A DNA stretch of 63,311 bases, the filler included, from Jimgerdemannia flammicorona (lineage: Eukaryota): NCBI GenBank assembly GCA_003990765.1. It is 2 parts of 2 records of this genome, joined end to end, with 100 filler letters (N's around TTAATTAATTAA, not from the genome) between each part and the next. Parts side by side here need not be neighbours in the genome. Positions count along the whole stretch, not along the records: positions 31,711 to 63,311 come from RBNJ01000387.1; 1 more part is not named here. One strand, 5' to 3'. The translations under genes were made by a program, and so were the position numbers. The notes beneath the pieces were generated by a model. The model had not been told where the DNA came from, ran no database searches, and worked only from the letters and a program-made list of their open reading frames with translations. The first letter of the stretch is position 1. Every line of letters starts with the position of its first letter. Shown here piece by piece: positions 35,429 through 46,110 of this stretch.

Positions 35429-35748
35429 ATTTGCATCCCTCAGAGCATCGGCACCTTTCTCAGCTACTGCTCTGGTTACACGACAAATTCTCAACTCTTT
35501 CATGCAGTTTTCTGGAGAAACACACTAGCAACATGTTGTTGACTTGAAACTTGGAGGAGTGTGCTGGGCAGGGGAGTCCTAGCACATTTGACTAGCAGTA
35601 TGTGAAGAGGGGGCAGGGCTGAAGGTGGTGGAAGGTGTGGAGGAGAGGGGCTGGGGCCAGGGAGATGAGTTTTGCTAATAAGGTTAAGGCTAGTGCTCTC
35701 AAATAAATTGAATCAATTCAAATTGAATTGAATTGAGAGTTATTTGAA

Positions 35749-38142
35749 GGTACTCCTTTCTCTGCTACCTTACTGGTCACAAGATTTGATAGGTGACCTT
35801 CTGAGTCCCCTTTCCCCTAAAATTACCTCCTCTACCTTGGGTTGGTTTGCTGTGCCTACAAGGGCATGGTGAGAGGAGGGCAATGGTGATGAGTTGCCCC
35901 TTTATCAGTATCGGATCAGTGCTTCCTCTACTTTTTCATGGATTCTGATACCTTCAGCTATATCTGGGGTGTACCCATTTTGGTGCAGCACCTGCTTTCT
36001 TTTGCTGTTGCCAATAAGGTATTGTCTCAGTGTGTCTCAGGCTATGTAGGGAGTCAGCTAACCTTGGGTGTCAAGTGCTCAGTGTAGGTTACCTGCAGGT
36101 CTTCAGTGCCTGTAGTGGGGCCCTCTGGCTTTGGCGAGCTTTCCAGCAAGCATAGTTCTGGTATAGGTGATTGTTTTTCAGATATTGTCAGGATGGGAGG
36201 AGAGATGGCCATCACAGATAGGAGAAAGGGTGATAATGGTGAACCAGTAGGGTGCCAGGCTGGGGACGGTCATTAGGGCTGGGGCAGGTGCTGCTTCAGT
36301 AGGGCCTTTTGATTGATGCAGCGCAGTTAGGTAGTAGGTGTCACTCTCAGCTTCTTTTGGCAGTCAGTGAGGTTGGGCCCCAGTCGTCAGGGGGGGGTCG
36401 GGGGGCCCGAGGCTACCCATTTCAGGCATCTTGGCTGTACTCAACTGGAACCAGGAGCTGATATAGCAACGTGATTAAGATCTACAGGCTTCAGCTCCTT
36501 TCTCCACTACCTTACTGGTCACAGGTTTGATAGGCGAGCTTCCGAGTCCCCTTTCCCCTAATATTACCCCCTCTACCTCGGGTTGGTTTGCTGTGCCTGC
36601 AGGGGCATGGTGGGAGGAGGGCAATGGTGATGAGTTGCCCCTTTATCAGTGTCAGATTGGTGCTTCCTCCACTTTTTCGCAGATTCTGATACCTTTAGCT
36701 GCATCTGGGGTATACCCGTTTTGGTGCAGCGCCTTCTTCCTTTTGCCATCGCCAACAAGGAGTTGTCTTGGTGTGTCTCAGGCTACGTAGGGAGTCGGCC
36801 GACCTTGGGCATCAAGTGCTCAGTGTAGGTTATCTGCAGGTCCTCGGTGCCTGTGGTGGGGCCCTCTGGCTTTGGCGAGCTTCCTGGCAAGCATGGTTCT
36901 GGTATAGGTGACTGCTTTTCGGGTGTTGTCGGGATAGGAGGGGAGATGGCCATCACAGATAGGCGGAAGGGTGATTACGGTGAACCAGTAGGGTACCAGA
37001 CTGGGGGGGTCATCGGAGCTGGGGCAGGTACTGCTTCAGTGGGGCCTTTTGATTAGTGCGGTGCAGTTAGGTGGTAGGTGTCACTATCGGCTTCTTTTGG
37101 CGGTCAGCAGGGTTGGGCCCCAGTCGTCAGGGGGGGTCAGGAGGCCCGAGGCTACCCATTTCAGGCATCTTGGCTGCACTCAACTAGAACTGGGAGCTGA
37201 TATGGCAATGTGATCGAGGCTTGCAGGCTTGAGTAGTGGGGTATTGGGGGTTTCCTTCTGCCTCACATGTAAGTCCTTTACTCACCTTGACTGAGAGAAC
37301 CAGGCCCTACCCACCATGTTGTACTTTGATGAGGGTTTTTATTTACCTGTCATTCTCTTTGGGGTGGCAGGGGCTATTCTATTTGGCTCGGGTGTGGCCT
37401 TGTACATATGTTGAGTTCTCAGGCATGTGCTTTCGGTCATTGGTATATGGTTGGGTTTCCCCTAGTGGTAGGGAGAGCATGGTGTGTAGAATGAGGTGCA
37501 GGCTTATCAGCCCTGCTGCACCTGGCATGGTCAAGCTGCTGGACAATAGCTAGCCTAGGTTAATGGGGGGGCAGTACTTGGTGGGTGGTGGGGGAGGGTT
37601 TTGGCCTATATAGTCTAGATTCCCTTCCAATAAAAATCTGCAGGACATGAGTCTGTAAAACAAAAAAAAAAAAGAGACCTACAGGCTTAAGTAGTGGGGT
37701 ATTGGGGGCTTCCTCCCACCTCATGTATAAGTTCTTTACTCACCTCGACTGAGAGAACCAGGCTCTACCCACTGTATTGTGCTTTGATGAGAGTTTTTCT
37801 TTACCTGTCATTCTCTTTAGGGTGGCAGAGGCTATTTTATTTGGCTCAGACATGGCCTTGTATGTATATATGTTGGGTTCTCAGATATACACTTTCCGTC
37901 ATTGGCATATGGTTGGGTTTCCCCTAGTGGTAGGGAGAGTATGGTATGTATGCAGAATGAGGTGCAGGCCAGTATAGGCCCTGCTGCGCCTGGCATGGTC
38001 AAGCTGCTGGACAATAGCTAGCCTAGGTTAATGAGGGGGCAGTGCTTGGTAGGTGGTGGGGGAGGATTTTGGCCTATATAGTCTAGATTCTCTTCCAATA
38101 AAATTCTGCAGGATATGAGTCTGTTAAAACAAAAAAAAAAAA
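35749..38142 (+). mobile_element. S2a: ~1.2-kb non-coding poly(A) retroposon (35749-36491 + 37689-38142)
   Basis: 14-bp TSD GAGAGT(T/C)ATTTGAA (35735-35748/38143-38156), AATAAA, A-tail; colinear with S2b. Confidence 0.88.
36492..37673 (+). mobile_element. S2b: second full copy of S2 nested inside S2a
   Basis: TSD AGA(T/C)CTACAGGCTT (36478-36491/37675-37688), AATAAA, A-tail; 1182 bp. Confidence 0.9.
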
Positions 38143-38640
38143 GAGAGTCATTTGAATCAAATTGAATTAGGGATTTTTTAATTTAAATTAAGTTCAAATT
38201 GAATTGAATTAAAATTAAATTGAGAGTCCAATTCAAACCCTATTTTTAGAAATATAATATCTTAACTAAAATATATTCAAATTTAATAAGTTAAAGATCA
38301 TTAAATTTGAATATATTTTTGTTTAGTTATTACATTTCAAAAAATAGAATTTGAATTGAATTTTGAATCAAATTGAATTTGGGTCAAATTTGATTTAATT
38401 TGATTTATTAAGAGTACTAGTTAAGGCTAAAAAGATATCTGCAGAGCTAGATAGATGACTGAGAAGAGAAAAGGAGAAGGCATCTATTATAGGATCTGAA
38501 GGAGCTACTCTGGAGGGCTGAGATAGTAAGGCTAGTGAAGTAGCAGCTAGAAAGAGAAGGGAGACTGCTGATGGTAGCATAATAACTAATCTAAAAAAAA
38601 AAATCCAGATATAATATATAGCTAATATGTAGAAGGACTG

Positions 38641-39073
38641 TATAATAATTTTATAGTTATATCTTAGTTTTAATACTTTTTCACATCTTTTCTCTAGTCT
38701 TTTCTTATCTTTTCTTAAATATTCTACTATATTTCAGTATCTTTCAAATATCTAGAAATCTTCTCTTAGTATCAAGATATTACAAGAACATTCTTATCTT
38801 TTTTTAGCACTAAGTATCTTATTTTAGCTAGTTATAGAACTTTTTAGAATATTGTAGAATTTTATTAATTATCTTTGCTGAAAACCTATTTTTTAATTTT
38901 TCAGATCTTTCTTTTAGATCCTATATAAATATCCTTATTCTCTACTTAAATAAAGCTCTCTCAGAATTCCTTTAAGAATACTTAAATATATAAGTATCTC
39001 TTTAAGCTACTTTAGATCTACCAGAATTATTAAAACTTAGCTACTTTCTCTTAAAGAAACTAGAACTATTATA
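38641..39073 (+). repeat. Gypsy-3 5' LTR
   Basis: Direct repeat of 44238-44700. Confidence 0.9.
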
Positions 39074-40139
39074 CTTGATAGTAGTAGTATTATTATATCT
39101 TACCTTATTAAGAAATCTTATACAAATTTAAAAACCAGTCACAACTAGTCATATGAATCTAAATGAACTAGTCTATTATTCAGACTCCTTTACTATAGAA
39201 GAAACAGATAATGTAGAACTACAAGTTAATCTAGAGGAAATAATTACTACTATAGTCTATCAAATTCAATAACTTTAAGTACAACTAGAATATCAGAAAA
39301 TAAGAACTGTAGCTATATTATATCTTACTACTATATTAGTCAGCTTTAAGTTACTTAAACCAGATATCTTTAATAGTTACTAAGGAGAACTGACTATAGA
39401 TGTATAGATATTCTAGTTAAACCAATACTTCAAATTTATAAGAATAGAAGAAGATATGCAAGTTCAATTTACTGCTATACTTCTCTAAGAAAATGTAGTC
39501 ATTTAGTATTATAACTACTATTATTTATTTAAACATAAGAATTCAAGATTGAAAACCTTTCAAGGAGGTTCTTTATCAGTAGTTTAAGTCTACTAATACC
39601 ACCAAGCCAGTCTAAGATAAGTTAGCAAATATTAAGCAACTCAAGTCTGTATAAAGTTATAATGTATAATTCCTATTAATTCTACTTGAACTACTAGTAA
39701 TATCTGAAGATAAAAAGATAGACCACTATATCTGAGATCTGAAAGAAAATACATAAGTCAAGATTAAGCTAGAAGAGCTATAAACTCTCAATGAGATTAT
39801 GAGAATTACTAATAGATTTAATATCGTTACCTTTGGCAACTACTTTGAACTAAAATACTATAAGAAGAACTATTTTAAAAACTGAAATAAGAACTAATCC
39901 AAAGTAATTGGCTCAGTACTAATAGATTTAGATACTATGAATAAGAAAAATACCAAGCTTACTCTAGAAGAAAAAGATAATCTAAAGAAATCTGAAGCTT
40001 ATTTCTTCTATTACCAAATACATAGAATACATTATAACTAAATATCTTAAAAAGACCAGTGAACTCTCAAGATCAGTCACTATATTGTCCAAAGACATAC
40101 CTATCAATCCCACTATCAATTAATCTAAACTCAAGATCA

Positions 40140-40540
40140 AGAAGCTTTATCTGAAGATTCAGATCCCTCAATATCAATCAGAAGAAGCTATTGATCTTAA
40201 CCTATACTCTGTCAAGCAAGTCACTATTCTAGCCAAAGACTGAACTCTGATATCTACTGAAATTGCAGTCCAATATTCTGAAGAACATTATGCCAGAATT
40301 GTACTATAATCAGAACTCAGTATTAAATATCATTTAGATATTAGTGCTAATACCATTAATTTAAACTATTGTAGATAAGTTTAAATCTTACTTATTAATT
40401 AGAAGAATCAAGACTACATAGTTAAGGAAGGAGACTGAGTCATACAAATGATCCTAGAAAAAGCTAGTTAATCCAAAGTTACAGAAGTTTAAAAACTATC
40501 TGAAACTAAGCAAAACTAGAAAGATTTTAGTAGTACTGAT
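40140..40540 (+). pseudogene. dUTPase remnant in Gypsy-3
   Basis: EAIDLNLYS..ISTEIAVQ..HYARIVL*SELS..EGD*VIQMILE..ETKQN*KDFSST; reverting G>A/C>T changes gives AGLDLYS, RIAPRSGLS, GDRVAQ, GFGST. Confidence 0.75.
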
Positions 40541-43500
40541 TAAGCAATAAGTCTCACTTAAAACTAAGCTCAAGCTATACTTATTTTCAAAGAACTAGTC
40601 AAAGGAAAAGAGGTTCAAGTACTTATAGACAGTAGAGCTATAAGAAACTTCATCAACTAGAATCTTATCAAAAACCTCAAGATTCTTACCAAGTCTATAC
40701 CTAAGAATGATAGTATAGTTACTGTAGATAGTACACTATATCCTATTGAGTCAATTGCTGCCAAACTATTCATCAAGATTTAGAAATATTGAGAAAAAGT
40801 AGACTTCAAGATTGTATTACTAAAAGATCATAATTTGATCTTAAGAAAACTCTGGCTTACTAAACATAATATAAATAATAATTGATATAAGAATGAAGTT
40901 ACTTTACTAAAATAGAGTCAATATTATCATCAAGATAGACATGTCTACAAATAAGATCTCAGTTGTAATACTGTCAGCAATATAGTATAATAAAGTACTC
41001 AAGAAGACAGTATATACCTTTGTCACAATTATCCATCTTAAGAAATAAGACAAGAAGCTGTCAATTAATAAAAGTATCAAGTTATTGCTTAAAGAATTCA
41101 AAGATATCTTTTCAGACAAGCTATCTGATCTACCATCTATATGAGAAGTTAATTATAAAATCAAACTAACTCCAGGAGCTATACTATCCAAGAAATATAT
41201 ATTATATATTATCTCTCAAAATTGAAGTAGTCAAGAAGAAATTAAAAAAACTACTTATATGAGGAGCTATTTAACCAAGTAAATCCCCCTATAGCTCACC
41301 AGTCCTATTTGTCAAAGAAAAAGGATAATATTCTTTATATATATAGATACTGAATACTCAACAAGCTTATAGTTAAGAACAATATTCACTACTCTTAATT
41401 GATCAAATTTTTGATACTCTCAAGAATATCAAGTACTTTATCAAGTTAGACCTTATTATTAAATCTAAATCAAATCAGAAGATATTCCTAAGACTATATT
41501 TATAACTTTCTTTAGACTCTATGAATTTCTAGTTCTAGTATTGGGACTTATTAATATACCTGCTATATATATTCTAGACTCTCATGAATAAGATATTTAA
41601 GAACTAACTATTTATCTTCTTATTGATATATCTTGATGACATTCTGATCTTTAGTACAATTAAAGAAGAATACCTCAAGTATATCCAAGTAGTCCTAGAG
41701 ATCTTGTAAAAATATAAGCTTTATACAAAGCTCAAGAAATGTAAATTCTTCAAAGAATAAGTCAAATATCTTGGCTACATTATCTCTATACAAAGAATTT
41801 AAGTAGATCTGCACAAGATAGAGATAATTCAAAAATAGTCTATTCTATTGAATCTCATAGAACTCTGGTCCTTTTTTGGTCTAGCTAGCTACTACTATCA
41901 CTTTGTCAGAAACTTTTCTAATATTACTGAGCTACTGACTAATCTCATAAAGAAGGTCTCTCACTCTGATCATTATATACTCTATATCTGAAATCTCTTT
42001 TATTAACAAGTTTTTCAAGAACTCAAAAACTATCTGATCTATACTCTAGTCCTACATATATAATACAGATCAAGTCTGAAATTCACTATCACTATTAATA
42101 TGTATATTGAATTTTGCCATTAAAGCAGTCCTATTATAAGATAATAATAAAGAACATCACCTTATTGCTTTTAAGTCTCATAAGTTGGCTTCAGCTGATA
42201 AAAGCTAGTTACTCATGAGAAGGAGCTACTGGCAATAATATATATACTAGACTACTAGTAATATTATCTAGAAGATATTGAGTTTAATATCATTACTGAC
42301 TATTAATCTCTCAAGTATATCAATACCCAACCTACTCTATCATATTTATAAGCTAAGTAAAGTCTAAAGCTTCAAAGCTTCAATTTGATAATTATCTACA
42401 AGTCTGACAAAATACTTATAGTATCAGATGTCTTATCCAGATACCCAGACCTCAATATGTATAATTATGTAAGTCACCTTAGTATCAGAATTTCTAGACC
42501 AAATCAGGTAAGCTTATAAAGAAGATACTATTACTACTAGAGTCTTCTCAAATAAGCTCAAGGATACATATATCATTGAGGATAACCTGATCTACTATTA
42601 AGACAAAGTCTATCTATCTGATAATATAAATCTATACTATAAGATACTATAAGAACATTATGACTCCCCTCTTACTAGTTATTTTGAAATTAAGAAAACT
42701 ATCAAGAATATTCAGCATTATTACTATTAATTAAGTATGGTCAAGAAAATCAAGAACTATATTACTAGCTATGATCTCTGTTAGCATAATAAGTCTACCA
42801 ACCAAATATCAGTCAGTTTGCTACAACCACTGCAAATCCTAACTAAGAAATTCAAACAAGTTATAATAGACTTTATAACTCAACTACTATAAACTTAATC
42901 TGATACTAATACTATATATCATCATATTCATTGATCACTTGACCAAAACTATAGTTGTCAAACCAACTACTACCAATACTACTGTACCTAAGATTGCAAG
43001 AATCTTCTTTAAGTTTATCTTCTATCACTATAGTCTACTATAAGTAATTATTAGTAACTGTGACCCCAAGTTCACCAGTTACTTCTGGTAAACCCTCTTC
43101 AAGACTCTGAGAACCCATTGGTCATATCTACTATCTTTCACCCACAAACTAATAGACAAACTGAGTACATAAATAGAACTCTAGAATAAATACTCAGAAA
43201 CTATATTTCTTATAAGTAGGATAATTGGAATTATTACTTAACTTTTGTAGAATTTATAAATAACAATACTATCTAATTATCTACTAGTCTTTTTTCTTTT
43301 TGGCTACTTTATAGTCAAGATCCCAAGACTCTTACAAGTCTAGTTCCCTTCAAGAAAAGTAGTTAAATATAAGTCTCTACTATCAAGAATCTTATAGATA
43401 AAATGAATGAACTACTTAAGATTACTACTGTAAATCTCTAGAAAGTCTAACAGTACCAAGCCAAGTATGCTGACAAGAAATACCATAATGTCATATATAC

Positions 43501-44237
43501 TATTGATGATTAAGTCCTATTATCTACTGAGAATCTTAAGATATAATCTCAAATTAACTATTTATTAAATAAGTTTCAACCTAAGTATATTAGATTCTTT
43601 GAGATTACTGAATAAGTATGTATCTGTATTCTTCTACTATCTCAAGCTATCTGAAACTATAAGAGTATATTTAGGCTTTTATATGTCATATCTTAAGATC
43701 TAGAATCAGTTATCATCCTACTCTGGTCAAATTCTCAAGCCATTTATCTCTATAATTATCAAAGTCCATATTAAATATGAAGTTGAGAAAATTCTTAACA
43801 AACAAATCTACTACTATCATCCTGAATACCTGATCAAATAGATAGGCTACTCTGAATATAATACTATTTGAGAACTACTAGTCAATCTCAAGAATTCTAA
43901 AGATCTAGTCTAAGACTTTGAGACAAAATATATTATCTAATCTCTATAGTGACTTTCTTAGATTATTAATGATCTATGATAATAACCAGTATCTTATATA
44001 TCAGAAGTTTACTTTGGAACACTGGAACCAGCAGAATATCTAGTAAATCAAAATAAAGCTACTAGCTGAGTTCAAATCTCTCTCAGTTAGTTAGTCTAAT
44101 AATAGGCCCTCTGTTCTATATAAGGATGGCCAGTCCTCACTAATATATTGATATAAGTTTGAGAAATTTTGTTAAGTATATTTAGTCTTATATTATCTAA
44201 AATTTAATAAGAATATTATTTCTTAAGGAGAGAGAAA

Positions 44238-44700
44238 TATAACAATTTCACAGTTATATCTTAGTTTTAATACTTTTTCACATCTTTTTTCTAGTCTTTT
44301 TTGTCTTTTCTTAAATATTCTACTATTTTAGTATCTTCTGAATACTTAAAAATCTTCTCTTGGTACTAAGACATTACTAGAATAATTTTGTCTTTTCTAA
44401 ATACTAAGTATCTTATCTTAGTTAGTTATAGAATCTTTTGGAATATTATAGAATTCTATTAGTTATCTTTACTAAGAATCTATTTTTTGACTTTTCTCTT
44501 CTTTTCTAAGATTCTTTCAGATTTTTCTTTTAGATTCTATATAAATATCCTTAATCTCTACTTAAATAAAGCTCAGAATATTTTCTCTCAGAATTCTTTT
44601 AAGAATACTTAAATCTACAAATATCTCTTCAAGCTACTTTAAGTTCACCAGAATTACCAGAACTTAGTTACTTTCTCTTAAAGAAACTAGAACTATTACA
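44238..44700 (+). repeat. Gypsy-3 3' LTR
   Basis: Follows the PPT; ends ACTATTACA then the TSD. Confidence 0.9.
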
Positions 44701-45708
44701 GACTGAGTCAGTATATAGTATGAGACTTAGTAATTTGATAGATAGTATAATAGATCTAATAGTAGTACTATTACTCAAGAAATCAGTATTAGAATTTATA
44801 ATTACTTTGTACTTCAGAGGTTTAGTAATTATAGCAAAGTTGGTCCTGAGATTACTAATCCAATAGATAAAGGAAGTGATCTTGGTGAAGTTTTTATAAA
44901 GGCTAAAAGAGGTGGAAGTGAGATTTAAGAAGGAGAGACTTATACTAGAGATACTAAAGAAGAAGATAGTGGTTGGAGAGATAGTAGTCTTGATGAAAAG
45001 ATATTTAAAATGAGACCCTTAAGTAGTCTAGCTAGTGATAGCAAATATTATTATAGTAAGAAAAGAGAAGATAAGAAAGCTAATTATAAATATAATGAAG
45101 AAGTATAGAAATATAATAAATATTGACTTCTAGGTATAGAAAGAGATAGAGTTCAGAACTAATGATATAGATATTAGAGTGTAGTTAGCTGAGAAGAATA
45201 TAGAGAAGGTAAGAGACTGACTAGTAATCTGTTGAGTATAAGATATCAAGAGTAAAAGAGATCTTAGAGGAGAAAAATGACTTACTAGAGGCTCTGAAGG
45301 ATCTCACAGAAGTGGTGGAGTGATATAGAGTAGTCTGGAAGAAGTATGAGACTAGAACAGTTATAGAGATTATTAATAATAAGAGAGTATAGCTGGACTG
45401 AGCTATATATAAGAAAAAAGACTCAGAGGAGACAGAGATAGAAGAATCTTCTAATAGACTTAGATAGGGACCAAAGGTTGTCAAAAGTACTGAAGGAACA
45501 GAGATAATGATCAGTATTTAGACTAGAGAGAAAGCGGGGCTAGGAGATGGTGACCTGATAGAAAGAGTATCTAGGAGGAGAGTATTATAGTTGAGAGGGA
45601 CAGAGAGGAGGCTGAGACCCCAGTTATATATAGAGTTCTGAATATAGATCTAGAGCTCAAGCTGTAGGATATATCTGAAGAGTTCTGAGATAAGTCAATA
45701 AGAGTAAG

Positions 45709-46110
45709 TAGTGTTCCCAAATGAATAATTTGAATCAATTTAAAGTGAATATATGTATATTATATTCAAATTGAATTGATTTGATTTGATTTAATTCAAA
45801 TATTATTTTGATTTCCAAATTAGGTCATAAATATTTTCCTTAATAACTCTATAAGATTTTATCTGATTTTAGTACTCTTGGTATTATTGGAAAGCTATTA
45901 TAGAGAGTTTTTCAATAATACTAGTTATATCAAAATTGGATAGAATCTTATAGAGTTATTGAGAAAAATGTTCATAGGTTCTCTTGTTTTAACCATAGAG
46001 TCCCAAGGATGATTTCATTGTCAGGAAGTGGTATAATTTAGAGCCTAATTTGGAAATCAAAACAATATATCTACTTCAAATTGATTCAAATCATTTATTT
46101 GAGAGCACTA
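45709..46110. mobile_element. MITE-2, hAT-type (402 bp), with internal fold-back
   Basis: TSD AGAGTAAG/AGAGTAAA (45701-45708/46111-46118); TIRs TAGTGTTCCCAAATGAAT / ATTTATTTGAGAGCACTA, same type as MITE-1. Confidence 0.85.

Larger units (their letters stand above)
35691..38419. mobile_element. MITE-1, hAT-type (about 320 bp of own sequence), containing the S2 insertions
   Basis: Perfect 8-bp TSD GTTAAGGC (35683-35690/38420-38427); imperfect TIRs TAGTGCTCTCAAATAAAT / ATTTATTAAGAGTACTA; subterminal TTGAAT/ATTCAA repeats. Confidence 0.85.
38641..44700 (+). mobile_element. Gypsy-3: full-length family-2 chromovirus (6.06 kb) with dUTPase, extremely AT-mutated
   Basis: Perfect TSD GACTG (38636-38640/44701-44705); LTRs 38641-39073 and 44238-44700; decayed PBS TTGATAGTAG; PPT 44225-44237. 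Remnants VLIDSRA (PR ~40620), YLDDILIF (RT ~41630), HPQT (IN ~43140), YEVEKIL..YLIK*IGY (chromodomain ~43776-43875). Confidence 0.9.

Noticed and set aside
36500..37170. Stop-poor frames on both strands of S2
   Set aside because: Multiple stops, no recognisable motif and GC-rich sequence; not supportable without a consensus.
37289..37307. CTGAGAG as a hammerhead ribozyme core
   Set aside because: Does not fit CUGANGA, S1 has CAGAGAG there, and no matching GAAA/stem layout was found.
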